DNA of 64,000 bases from an uncultured Nitrospiraceae bacterium (GTDB lineage: Bacteria > Nitrospirota > Thermodesulfovibrionia > Thermodesulfovibrionales > SM23-35), in assembly GCA_963727775.1 (NCBI GenBank), contig CAVSHB010000002.1:448001-512000 (forward strand). The letters are read 5' to 3'. This document shows positions 50,445-60,007 of the stretch, piece after piece. The number at the start of each line of letters is the position of its first letter. Position 1 is the first letter of the stretch. The translations under genes were made by a program, and so were the position numbers. The notes under the pieces are model-generated. The model was not told the origin of the DNA. It searched no databases and worked only from the letters and a program-made list of their open reading frames with translations.

Positions 50445-51473
50445 ATGCAAAAAAAAAAATTACACCTCAGCGTAATCATCTGTACTTATAACCGTGCAGA
50501 ACTTCTTGAAAAGGTATTGGAGAGTCTTAAAAGCCAGACTCTCTCTAAAAACCTTTTTGAGATAATCGTTATTGACGGTTCATCTGATAATACCAAAGAT
50601 ACGGTGAAATCCTTCCAAAGCGCGCTTCCTGTCCATTATTTTTTTCAGAACGATGCAGGTCTTGCCGCCGCCAGGAATCACGGTATCTATGCATCTCAGG
50701 GAGAGATATTGCTTTTTCTTGATGATGATGATATTGCTACGCCAACACTATTGGAAGAGCATATCAAAACTCATCGGAAATATCCTGGCAATAATTATGC
50801 AGTTTTACATTACACGACCTGGGCGCCGAATCTTCTTGTTACACCATTGATGCATTTTATCACTGAGGTCGGCTGTTTTCTTTTTTCGTATCCTCAGTTC
50901 AACCATGGGGATATCCTTGATTACACCTATTTTTGGGGAGGGAGGTCTTCCTGTAAGAGATCATTCTTAATAGAATATGGAGTTTTTAACCCTCTATTTC
51001 GTTTTGGGTATGAAGATATTGAACTCGGTTACCGTCTCGCCCCGCACGGATTAAAGGTTGTTTACAATAGCAAAGCGGTAGCCAAGATGATCAGGCCTGT
51101 ATCATTCGATGATTTCTGCCGTCGACTTATTAAACAGGGAAAATCACAGTATGTTTTTAGTACCCTTCATTGTGATCAGGGCAACCATGAGGTTTACATT
51201 TGGGCAGAGATTGTCGGGGTCGAGGACAAATGGAATGCCATTAAAGACGTCTATCAGGCAAAAATCAAGTCTGCTAAGGCATTGGACAAAGTTGCCGACA
51301 TGAAACTCAAGTACGCAATGGATATGGATGAGACAACGAAGGGTTTGTTGCATAAGGCATATTGGTGGGCATTCAAGGCATGCAAAATAAAGGGCATCAT
51401 TGAGGCAAAAGAGGAGTTGCAGCAGAAAGCGCATGGCACTGAGGCAGACCGGAATGCATCTTCTCCAGCCTGA
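50445..51473 (+). CDS. Glycosyltransferase family 2
   Basis: LSVIICTYNR, AAARNHG, FLDDD, GYEDIELGYRL. Confidence 0.92.
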   Translation: MQKKKLHLSVIICTYNRAELLEKVLESLKSQTLSKNLFEIIVIDGSSDNTKDTVKSFQSALPVHYFFQNDAGLAAARNHGIYASQGEILLFLDDDDIATPTLLEEHIKTHRKYPGNNYAVLHYTTWAPNLLVTPLMHFITEVGCFLFSYPQFNHGDILDYTYFWGGRSSCKRSFLIEYGVFNPLFRFGYEDIELGYRLAPHGLKVVYNSKAVAKMIRPVSFDDFCRRLIKQGKSQYVFSTLHCDQGNHEVYIWAEIVGVEDKWNAIKDVYQAKIKSAKALDKVADMKLKYAMDMDETTKGLLHKAYWWAFKACKIKGIIEAKEELQQKAHGTEADRNASSPA

Positions 51474-51596
51474 ATATCATGCGGACACGGAGAACCCTGA
51501 GGGGACCGTCCGCAACGATAATTAGATCACCCATCATGAAGACCCATCCTGTTCGGTTTGACTTTATATTGTCACATCCGTATCTTACTATGCACA

Positions 51597-53264
51597 ATGA
51601 TTAATAAAGATTCGTTAACAGACTTCTCAGCCAACAGAAGTCAAAAGATATTAACGGTACTCACATTCGGCTTTGTCCTGTTTGTTCTTTTCTATAATTT
51701 GGGAGGTCATTTCCTTGAGGATTGGGATGAAGGTTTTTATGTCGTAATGTCGCAAACGGCAATCCAAAATAGTAACTATCTGACACTCGAGTATCAAAAT
51801 GATATTCATTGGTCTAAAACTCCGTTCCCTTTGTATCCGATGATAGCTTCGTTCAAGGTCTTTGGCGTTAACGAATTCTCTGCCCGCCTGAGTTCCGTTT
51901 TTTTTAGTTTGGGTTTACTTTTTCAGATATATCTTATTGCAAAACGCTACTACGGAGAATGGACCGCGCTCCTTGCGATATTAATAACAATTACGACAGC
52001 TCAATTTATCTTTTTTCATGGTTTAAAAACGGCCAATGTTGACGCAATTACTCTTTTTTTCCTGACCGGCGCCATAAGTTCCTGGTTATTAATAAGAAAC
52101 CCGGATTACAGAATCATAATGACCTTTGCGAGCCTCGCATTTAGTTTTCTATGCAAAGGCCCAATCGTATCAATTCCCATAATAGTGATTTGCCTGTCAT
52201 TTTTTATCGAGAATCCAATAAAAAGGGATTCCGTAAGGCCAATACTTATCGGTCTTTCTGTTGCGGCCATCATAGTCCTTCCCTGGTATATATATGCATA
52301 TATGACATATGGAGATATCTTCATAAAGAAGCACATCTTATACAACTTCCTCCAACGATATACTGCAGGGATAGAGGGGCATATACATGAGGATTTATAT
52401 TATATAAGAAATTTATTTTCAACCGGTAATTTTATCTGGATTGGTGCAGCTATGGTTTCACTCGTTTATTTCCTGGGGGTCATTTTGAAAGGAAAAAGGC
52501 CGATTGATTTTATGCTTCTTTCTTGGGTTTCTGTAACTTTTATTATTGTAAATTTCTCGCAGACAAAATTGTGGTATTATCTATATCCGATTTATCCCGC
52601 ACTTGCAATAATCACAGCAAAGACACTGTTGGATTTCGTGGAAAATCCGGGGTTTCTTAACCAATCGGCTTTTTACATCGGCTTCATACCTATGCTTATT
52701 TCTGATGATCTAACTATCTTTGGCTTTCACCCGTATATTTTCCATAAGCTCTTTTTTGATATCTTTGATGTTAATAAAACGAAAATAGCGGCTCTGTTAG
52801 CCGGTATAATTTTCATTGGAGCAGTATTTTTGTTGAAAAGGTATCTGCCGCATTACCAAAAAAAATTCAGGATCTTACTGGTGTGCATGATTTGTATAAT
52901 CCCGATTTCAGAGACATGCAAACTTACTATCAAAAAAGATCTCAATGCGCCTATACTTTCCCTTGCCAAGAAATTAGATTTTACCAAACCGGTTTACGCG
53001 CTTACTGTAAGTACTTACACTTTTCCGCCGGGGGCTTACTATTATCTATCGAGAAATGGTGAAGTAAAAATATGTACAGATTTCAGGAAGTTTTTGAAGG
53101 GGGAAACCGTCGTCATGCAGACTGTCTCATTCGAAGTACTTCAAAAATATGGGACAACAAAGAAGAATGAAGATGGAAGCCTTGAATTTGTTTATAGGGG
53201 AGATAAGTTTAAACTAACGCCAATAGAGAATTCCAAGGGTTTTACCATTGTTAAAATAGAATAA
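51597..53264 (+). CDS. ArnT-like (GT-C) membrane glycosyltransferase
   Basis: LEDWDEGFY, FGVNEFSARL, LCKGP, LPWY, SQTKLWYYLYPIYPALA. ATG 51597 is preferred because the TTG at 51558 is part of a -35 box. Confidence 0.85.
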   Translation: MINKDSLTDFSANRSQKILTVLTFGFVLFVLFYNLGGHFLEDWDEGFYVVMSQTAIQNSNYLTLEYQNDIHWSKTPFPLYPMIASFKVFGVNEFSARLSSVFFSLGLLFQIYLIAKRYYGEWTALLAILITITTAQFIFFHGLKTANVDAITLFFLTGAISSWLLIRNPDYRIIMTFASLAFSFLCKGPIVSIPIIVICLSFFIENPIKRDSVRPILIGLSVAAIIVLPWYIYAYMTYGDIFIKKHILYNFLQRYTAGIEGHIHEDLYYIRNLFSTGNFIWIGAAMVSLVYFLGVILKGKRPIDFMLLSWVSVTFIIVNFSQTKLWYYLYPIYPALAIITAKTLLDFVENPGFLNQSAFYIGFIPMLISDDLTIFGFHPYIFHKLFFDIFDVNKTKIAALLAGIIFIGAVFLLKRYLPHYQKKFRILLVCMICIIPISETCKLTIKKDLNAPILSLAKKLDFTKPVYALTVSTYTFPPGAYYYLSRNGEVKICTDFRKFLKGETVVMQTVSFEVLQKYGTTKKNEDGSLEFVYRGDKFKLTPIENSKGFTIVKIE

Positions 53265-53376
53265 AGACCTGTTGATTGATATTCGTTGAAGTATATCCAT
53301 CTTACGCGCTCTGCCTTGACAATATGCTACAATTATTGTTACATAAATAAAATTATGTAATTAAGGAGTATTTTTT

Positions 53377-55428
53377 TTGAAACTTAAGACAGCGTGTTTA
53401 ATCGTAATTCTTATCAGCTTTATAGTTTTATTTGCAGCAGTTCCTAATACTTACTCTCAGAACGAAGAACAGGTAAAGCCTCCTGAAACAACCGCCGCCG
53501 CGCCTGAAAAACAGCCCGTTGAAAAAGGACAGCAGGAAGTTCAGCAGCCCGGAATTTTACCGCCACAGCCCAATGCCGGGCAGGCGCCTTCTGCTCAACC
53601 AGAAAAGGTCCCGGCTGAAAAGTCCACGACTGGAATAACGCCGGTTATGCCCGCTGAGGCGCCACAGCAGCAGAAATCCCCGGCCACTGTGAGTTTCTTT
53701 TTTGACGACGCCGATATATTCGAGGTAGTCCAGACGGTCTTTGCCGATATTCTCAAGGTGAATTATATTATCGACCCGCAGGTGAAGGGCAGGGTGAATT
53801 TCAGAACAGTAACGCCTATCCCAAAAGATGAAGTCCTCTCCGTCATCAATATAATCTTCAGGCTGAACGGCATAGGTTATGTTGAAGAAGGCGGGCTTTA
53901 CAGGATAATACCCCTGACCGAAGTCCCTAAAGAGCTTGTCTATTCTCAAGTAGGGAAGCCCCCGGACAAAGTTGCTGTCGAGATGTTCACATTTAAAAAT
54001 CTTGACCTGAAGGAAGCCATGCCGGATATTCAAAATGCATTGGGGCTGTACCTGAAAGGCGGCACAGTCAGGATAATTCCCGTAGACCGTCTGAACGCGC
54101 TCATCGTTGTAGCTTCTTCCAGGGAAAACCTGGAGTATATAAGAAAATGGGTCGATGTGTTCGATGCCATGTTTTTGGTAGCAAGGCCAAAGATATACGT
54201 TTATTCTTTGCAGAACAGCAAGGCGGACCATATTGCGTCTTTGCTCCAGTCAATTTTCTCGGGCAGCGCAGCACCGTCATCGCCCACCACCCCATCATCT
54301 GTTTCTCAGCCGTCCAAGTCCCCTACACAAACCGGCGCTGCGTCTGCGCCTGCGCCGACGTCGTCAGCGCCCAGAACAGGGGCTGCGGCGACTGCAACGA
54401 GTTCCGGCACATTTGTCTCACGTGACACGAGGGTCTTTGCGGACGATATAACCAACTCCCTGATAATTCTCGCAATACCTGCTGATTATAAATTTATTGA
54501 AGAGACGATAAAAAAGATCGATAAGCAGCAGAGGCAGGTCGTAATCGAAGGGCTCATAGCCCAGGTAACACTGACGGATAACCTGAGTTTCGGGTTCTCG
54601 TGGTCCTTAAATACAAAAGCCAATATATCGGGCATAAAACCTTTTACAAACGGTATCAACCTTGCCGGCACCGCATCTAACAATGCGGGTGATTTTGCGA
54701 ATGTCCCGACGACCGGGTTTACTTTTGTGGGGACAGACCCGACAGGTAATGTAAGAGCATTGCTCAACGCTGCATTAATAGATTCTAAAGGCAAGGTCCT
54801 TGCAGCCCCTCATATCCTCGTGTCTGATAACCGTGAGGCGAGGATACAGGTCGGGTCACAGATTCCCCTTGCAACTTCTACGACTTCTTATATTACAACT
54901 ACGACCTCGACAACTCCTACTACAACCACTAATCCTATCACCTCCTCAGTCGAGTACAAAGATATAGGAATTATTCTTAAGGTGAAACCCCAGATTAATG
55001 ACAGCGGCGTGGTTACGCTTGAGTTGACCCAGGAGGTTTCATCTGTGGGCAGCCCGGTAACTATAGCCGGACAGGATTTTTCATCCATAGATAAGACCGA
55101 GGCCACCACTAACCTGGTTGCAAAAGACGGAGAGACGATTATTATCGGAGGTCTCATAAGGGAAGATGTCACAAAGTCAAAAACAGGCATTCCTTTCCTC
55201 AGTAAAATCCCATTGCTCGGTAGTCTGTTTTCTGATACAACCGATAAATCAACAAGAACGGAGCTCATAATCCTTCTCACACCTCGTGTAGTTAGGAACC
55301 AAAAGGAAGCCGCAGATGTGACAACAGATTATTTAGACAGATATAGAAGCACTACAAAGGACAAAGATATCAACGATTTCATAAAAGAAAAAAACCGGCA
55401 AAAGAATGACACAAAGGATGTCCACTAA
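53377..55428 (+). CDS. gspD: Type II secretion secretin, GspD/PulD family
   Basis: Signal peptide; N0 domain FFFDDADI..NYIIDPQVKGRV; QVVIEGLIAQV, APHILVSDNREARIQVG, DIGIILKVKPQIN, IPFLSKIPLLG.LF, RTELIILLTPRVV. Confidence 0.9.
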   Translation: MKLKTACLIVILISFIVLFAAVPNTYSQNEEQVKPPETTAAAPEKQPVEKGQQEVQQPGILPPQPNAGQAPSAQPEKVPAEKSTTGITPVMPAEAPQQQKSPATVSFFFDDADIFEVVQTVFADILKVNYIIDPQVKGRVNFRTVTPIPKDEVLSVINIIFRLNGIGYVEEGGLYRIIPLTEVPKELVYSQVGKPPDKVAVEMFTFKNLDLKEAMPDIQNALGLYLKGGTVRIIPVDRLNALIVVASSRENLEYIRKWVDVFDAMFLVARPKIYVYSLQNSKADHIASLLQSIFSGSAAPSSPTTPSSVSQPSKSPTQTGAASAPAPTSSAPRTGAAATATSSGTFVSRDTRVFADDITNSLIILAIPADYKFIEETIKKIDKQQRQVVIEGLIAQVTLTDNLSFGFSWSLNTKANISGIKPFTNGINLAGTASNNAGDFANVPTTGFTFVGTDPTGNVRALLNAALIDSKGKVLAAPHILVSDNREARIQVGSQIPLATSTTSYITTTTSTTPTTTTNPITSSVEYKDIGIILKVKPQINDSGVVTLELTQEVSSVGSPVTIAGQDFSSIDKTEATTNLVAKDGETIIIGGLIREDVTKSKTGIPFLSKIPLLGSLFSDTTDKSTRTELIILLTPRVVRNQKEAADVTTDYLDRYRSTTKDKDINDFIKEKNRQKNDTKDVH

Positions 55429-55467
55429 TTACCGGTCTGGTCCTTTTTGCCTGTACCTTCTAATTGA

Positions 55468-56235
55468 ATGCTTCAGGAATCTGAAATAATTCCTTATCAC
55501 CTCTCTCAGCCTTCGTGGGAGAAAGTTTTGGTCCTTGCACCCCATCCCGACGATGAGACCCTCGGCTGCGGTGGAGTCATCAGGTCTTTGGTCGAATCAA
55601 AAAAACGCGTTAAGGTCATATTTCTCACAAGCGGAGATAAAGGGGAGCCCGCTCATCCTTTATCAGGCATAAAGCATGCCGGAGAACACATCACGGATTA
55701 TTCGTTGATGCGTGAGAACGAGGCGATTAAGGCTCTCAGTGTATTGGGGGTCTCCGATTATGAATTTTTGAGATTCCCTGACAGGGAGCTGCATCTGCAT
55801 TCCGGCAAAATTCTTGAGAGGCTTTTAAAGATAGCGGGAGAATATGCCCCAGACGCGGTTTTCAGCCCGTCAATAATCGAATTTAACCCAGACCACCGGA
55901 CGACAGCGCAAGTGTCACTGAAGATGCATAGAACGATGAATTCCGAAGATAAAAAGGGTGTACGGTGTAGCCTTGTGTTTTATGAAGTGACAACGCCATT
56001 CAGGCCTAATATGCTCGTAGATATAACATCAGTCTATAACAGGAAAAAGAAAGCGATCAAGAAATACAAATCCCAATTGAAGGTCACGGATTATCTCAGC
56101 TACATCGCGGCGCTTAATACGGTCCGTTCTCTGACGGTCCGTGGACCGCGTTATGTCGAGGCGTTCTGGATTGTGGAAGCTTTTGCCGCTGATGAGGACA
56201 TTGCAAATTGGCTGTCATATCAGACGGCGATGTAA
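55468..56235 (+). CDS. PIG-L/LmbE family de-N-acetylase
   Basis: VLVLAPHPDDETLGCGG, R..EA, PDH, YKSQL. Confidence 0.92.
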   Translation: MLQESEIIPYHLSQPSWEKVLVLAPHPDDETLGCGGVIRSLVESKKRVKVIFLTSGDKGEPAHPLSGIKHAGEHITDYSLMRENEAIKALSVLGVSDYEFLRFPDRELHLHSGKILERLLKIAGEYAPDAVFSPSIIEFNPDHRTTAQVSLKMHRTMNSEDKKGVRCSLVFYEVTTPFRPNMLVDITSVYNRKKKAIKKYKSQLKVTDYLSYIAALNTVRSLTVRGPRYVEAFWIVEAFAADEDIANWLSYQTAM

Positions 56236-56251
56236 CGGATTATTTATCATT

Positions 56252-56356
56252 TGTATCAAAAAATACACAGCACAGTTCATAAAAAACACATGCTGCCCTT
56301 GAACATCCTTTAAAATCAAGCATTGCGCAAGGAAAAACGTGGCCTGATTTTTGCTA
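56252..56356 (+). promoter_or_regulatory. Sigma54 promoter (56340-56356) with candidate upstream activator site
   Basis: TGGCCTGATTTTTGCTA (GG-N10-GC) and TGT-N10-ACA palindrome TGTATCAAAAAATACA at 56252-56267. Confidence 0.7.
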
Positions 56357-56387
56357 TAAATTTTATAGAGTGACTATTCAAAAATAC

Positions 56388-56416
56388 TTGACATTGATAG
56401 GACAAGCAATTATACT
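56388..56416 (+). promoter_or_regulatory. Near-consensus sigma70 promoter
   Basis: TTGACA-17 nt-TATACT. Confidence 0.75.
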
Positions 56417-56497
56417 CTTAGCGTTATAAGATGAACGAGGCATGGCAAGTGTTCAATTATTCGGTGATGGAAAACAATGCGAATAGTAAAAAAAAGC

Positions 56498-56526
56498 TTG
56501 ACAAGGGAATAGTTCATTATTATAAT
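56498..56526 (+). promoter_or_regulatory. Perfect-consensus sigma70 promoter
   Basis: TTGACA-17 nt-TATAAT. Confidence 0.8.
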
Positions 56527-56741
56527 TTCAAAAACTATATCCCTTTAAGGGGGGTGAGGCGAAAATAATAATAGCTATTTGGTATCATCTATAGCTGCTT
56601 AACGTTAATTGCAATTTTTTTTTAAGAAAAGGAGGTGATAGAAAGGAGGAGATGTAAAGCGGACATATTGGTTTTTTTATGAAGTTCTTAGCCATCGGTT
56701 AAGAAAAAAGCACGGAGACTTAATAAAAAGGAGGTTTGAAA

Positions 56742-57965
56742 GTGAAGATAAGAAGCTTATTAACAGTTGTTGCAATGCTTAGTGTTTTGCTTTTTGGCAT
56801 CGGAACGGCCCACGCTGTTCTCGGCGTTGATGATAACGTCCCGGGCCAGGATATCGCGTTTCCGATCATTTGCAGTGCTCCTACTCCCTACCCTGCTGGT
56901 GCGACCGCCGGAGTGGATACTGCTTGGGCTATCGCTGATGTAGCAGGTACCGGTTCCCTATTCAACGTCGGCGGAGTTGTCAACTATACGTCAGCTCTTC
57001 ATATCGTTGTGCACGAGCCGAAGAATTCCTCACAGGTGAAGGACCTTCAGATCTACTTTACGCCGTTTGAGCTGCAGACGGACCTTTGCTCCCACATAAT
57101 TTCACTGGTGGATGTCGCTGCTAGGCCTAAACTTGTACAGAACCTGTGTGATAGCGGCGGAAATTGCCAGAACTACTATGTAGCTTATCTGACCTTCACG
57201 CAGAACCAAGGCACATTTGGCGGCAGCGCGGTAAGCGACCGTTTTGTTTCGTGGGTGGTATTTGACGACCTTAACAATGGTTATGCTTCAGGGTTTGACG
57301 GGCTTAGTCTTGAACTCGGCGCTGGCCCGGAACTGGAAGAGAATGGTGGTAATGTTGCCATTGCAGCGCGCCATATCTATCCAAGGTATGTTATACAGAA
57401 CGATCCGGCCCTGAAGCCCCAGGGACACGATTGGTGGATACTGCTGTTCGGTAGGGCGGACATAACCACAAAATTCGGAACCACTGATGCCAACTGGTCC
57501 GGCAATAGAAATCTTCAGTGTTTCTTCTACGACGAGGATGAGCATGTTGCCTCTAACACCGTCCCGATACCCAATGAGCTTAATGTGGTCGATGTGGACC
57601 CTTGGGTGACCGGTCTCTTTGCGGGCTATCCGCATAACGGTTTTGCAGTTTGCGATATACAGGAAGATGGAAGCCACACCGGCACCGGTCTTCACAACAG
57701 GGGAACATATGATAATCCTTCGCTCGTAAGCAATCTCCTTCCTCTGAGCACCGGTTATTATACGTTTGTTGGCTGGTCCCATGCGAAAGTGCAGGGGACA
57801 AGCGTACTAGCGACCTGGGATGTTATCTGGCCGATACACAGGACGTATTGCAGCCCGTTAATGCCGGCTGGTGGTAGCGCTGGTACGACCGCAGCTGATA
57901 CACGCGAGGACTGCAATTGCAAGGGTCCTGGGACAGGAAGTCCGGTCAACGGAGGCGGGTGTTAA
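56742..57965 (+). CDS. Secreted Cys-containing protein of unknown family; candidate major surface-array subunit
   Basis: Sec signal with AHA/VLG cleavage; 10 Cys; Gly/Ala/Asn/Thr-rich; GTG start 7 nt after GGAGG; has its own terminator. Confidence 0.8.
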   Translation: MKIRSLLTVVAMLSVLLFGIGTAHAVLGVDDNVPGQDIAFPIICSAPTPYPAGATAGVDTAWAIADVAGTGSLFNVGGVVNYTSALHIVVHEPKNSSQVKDLQIYFTPFELQTDLCSHIISLVDVAARPKLVQNLCDSGGNCQNYYVAYLTFTQNQGTFGGSAVSDRFVSWVVFDDLNNGYASGFDGLSLELGAGPELEENGGNVAIAARHIYPRYVIQNDPALKPQGHDWWILLFGRADITTKFGTTDANWSGNRNLQCFFYDEDEHVASNTVPIPNELNVVDVDPWVTGLFAGYPHNGFAVCDIQEDGSHTGTGLHNRGTYDNPSLVSNLLPLSTGYYTFVGWSHAKVQGTSVLATWDVIWPIHRTYCSPLMPAGGSAGTTAADTREDCNCKGPGTGSPVNGGGC

Positions 57966-58005
57966 TTAGTCGTTAGACCATTTGTAGTTTATTAGGGAGT
58001 TTGAG

Positions 58006-58034
58006 AAGGGGGATGAAAACATCCCCCTTTTTTT
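58006..58034 (+). terminator. Rho-independent terminator
   Basis: AAGGGGGATG-AAAA-CATCCCCCTT followed by a T-tract. Confidence 0.9.
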
Positions 58035-58061
58035 CAATAATCCGGTTTAAGAGGAGGAACC

Positions 58062-59321
58062 TTGAAGAGAGCGTTGAATGTGGTGTCCGTTTTTATTCTC
58101 TTATTGATTATGAGCTGCGCCACAACAAAGGAAACTACGAAGGAAAGCAAAGCAGAGAATAAGGGAGCCTTAACCCTTATAGATATATCAGACGGATTGC
58201 CTAAGGATGGTTTATGGAGGCAGAACATTTCTCTCGTTGATATGAACGGCGACGGCTTTCTGGATATTGTCGCTCCTCCCCCGAGAAAAGCCGGGGCAGG
58301 AGCAGCGGGAGAAAACAGGCCTTATATATTTCTCTGGAGTCAAGAGGATAGTAAATGGAGAGAGGGTTCCTTTAACCTGACGGAGAGCAAAAACTTCACT
58401 TATGGGGGAATAGCAGTAGGCGATCTGAGGAGGACCGGTTACACCGATATCGTCTTCGCGATCCACGCAGGATCGATCGTAATTTTGGAAAATGACAAGA
58501 ATAAAGGCTTTGTCGAAAGGCCCTTTCCGATGGAGAAGACATTTTATGCGAGGACAGTGGAGGTTGCGGATGTCAATGGGGACGGTTGGCCGGATATTAT
58601 AGCCTTTTCAGAGGGACCATTTGTTCGTGACTATACGCCTGCCGGCATCCTTGTCGGGATAAATAAGGAGGGCAAGGGTTGGGACGTGAAAATCCTGGAA
58701 GGGAGTTCCGAATTGTCAGGTGACTCCATGGCTATAGGGCAGCTCAAGGGAGACGGCAATAAAGATATACTTATTGCTCCTCTGACAGGGATAAAGGAAC
58801 AGAAAAAGCTGGTCTGGTTCGGGGACGGGAAGGGGAATTTCAAAAACTACGATGGCGACCTCGTGGGCAATGAAGTGTCCATGAACGTCAGGGCAGGTGA
58901 TGTTGATGGAGATGGAAAGGACGAAATTGTCTTCAGGCTGGCTGCTCCCGGCGCCTTCGGAAAAAACCGGCTAGCTGTTTTTAAGTGGACAGGGGAAGGC
59001 TTTACGGAGATGTCAAAAGGATTGGAGGCCATAGATACCCCCCTGGTCTTCGACCTTGTGGATTTGTTTGGGGACGGAAAGAAGATCCTGGTTGTGCTCT
59101 CGGGAAAGGCCATCGGCCTATATAAATACATAGATCAAAGCTGGGTAAATGTCGGATCCCATGAGTTGCCCGCTGTCGAGACAATGGGCGCCCATGATTT
59201 GAGGGCTGGAAGGAACCGCGATGGTTCAGTGTTTATTGTCTATAATCTCGGGTATAAATCTCCCGACTTAAACCTAGGGCTACGGGCATTCAAAGTGAAA
59301 TCGGATGGAGGAAAGAATTGA
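58062..59321 (+). CDS. FG-GAP/VCBS repeat beta-propeller lipoprotein
   Basis: Lipobox IMSC; repeats DMNGDGFLDIV, DVNGDGWPDII, DVDGDGKDEIV, DLFGDG. Confidence 0.85.
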   Translation: MKRALNVVSVFILLLIMSCATTKETTKESKAENKGALTLIDISDGLPKDGLWRQNISLVDMNGDGFLDIVAPPPRKAGAGAAGENRPYIFLWSQEDSKWREGSFNLTESKNFTYGGIAVGDLRRTGYTDIVFAIHAGSIVILENDKNKGFVERPFPMEKTFYARTVEVADVNGDGWPDIIAFSEGPFVRDYTPAGILVGINKEGKGWDVKILEGSSELSGDSMAIGQLKGDGNKDILIAPLTGIKEQKKLVWFGDGKGNFKNYDGDLVGNEVSMNVRAGDVDGDGKDEIVFRLAAPGAFGKNRLAVFKWTGEGFTEMSKGLEAIDTPLVFDLVDLFGDGKKILVVLSGKAIGLYKYIDQSWVNVGSHELPAVETMGAHDLRAGRNRDGSVFIVYNLGYKSPDLNLGLRAFKVKSDGGKN

Positions 59322-59752
59322 TGTTTCAAGAAGAAAGAACATGGAGACTGTCCGTTGATAGGAATTCCCTGCTGCTTTTGCTGGCCCTGATGATGGTTGT
59401 TATATTCACCTGCTGCGCAACAATTCCAAAGGAAGAAGACTTGAGAGGATCATTGAAAAGCGCAGCGGAGGAATACTGGAACAAGCGGATGAAATACCAA
59501 TACGAAGATACCTATGGGATGGAAGACAAGACGGGCTTACCGGCTTTCGAAGATTACCGCGAAAAGGCAATGCTGATGAAGAAGCTGGATATAAGATCGC
59601 ACTCCGTAAAGGAAGTCGCTGTCAGTGGTGATGAAGGAACTGTGAACGTTCAGTTTGATCTTATGCTTCCTCACATACCTAAGGCAGTTTCCCAAGTCCT
59701 TAAAGATGGATGGGTCTATAAGAACGGGAAATGGCGGCATGTGTTCAGATGA
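59318..59752 (+). CDS. Small putative lipoprotein (NTF2-like fold suspected)
   Basis: Hydrophobic stretch ending in FTCCA; EEYW...WVYKNGKW; start overlaps the upstream stop. Confidence 0.65.
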   Translation: MMFQEERTWRLSVDRNSLLLLLALMMVVIFTCCATIPKEEDLRGSLKSAAEEYWNKRMKYQYEDTYGMEDKTGLPAFEDYREKAMLMKKLDIRSHSVKEVAVSGDEGTVNVQFDLMLPHIPKAVSQVLKDGWVYKNGKWRHVFR

Positions 59753-59764
59753 GGTGACGCTTGT

Positions 59765-59905
59765 TGTCGCAGATGTTGACAAAAACCGGCGATATTTTTG
59801 TAAAGTGTTAGATTAAGTATCTTCAATAATCTTCAATAATAAAATATAATTCTTGACAAACTCTCCGGCGTATGCTAAATATTAAAAGATTGGTATGAAA
59901 TATGC
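59765..59905 (+). promoter_or_regulatory. Sigma54 promoter (59891-59905) with candidate upstream activator site
   Basis: TGGTATGAAATATGC (GG-N10-GC); palindrome TGTC-N9-GACA at 59765-59781. Confidence 0.5.
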
Positions 59906-60007
59906 GAAATATAATTCGGAGTAAAGGCATTGTGTGTAATGAGATTTAGTATTTCTCATGGCATACGGCTTATTATAAACATAATAATGCATAGCAGGAG
60001 GTAAGGG

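Noticed and set aside
59959..59975. Second sigma54-like TGGCATAC upstream of the CARDB gene
   Set aside because: It lacks the GC at -12 (reads AT).
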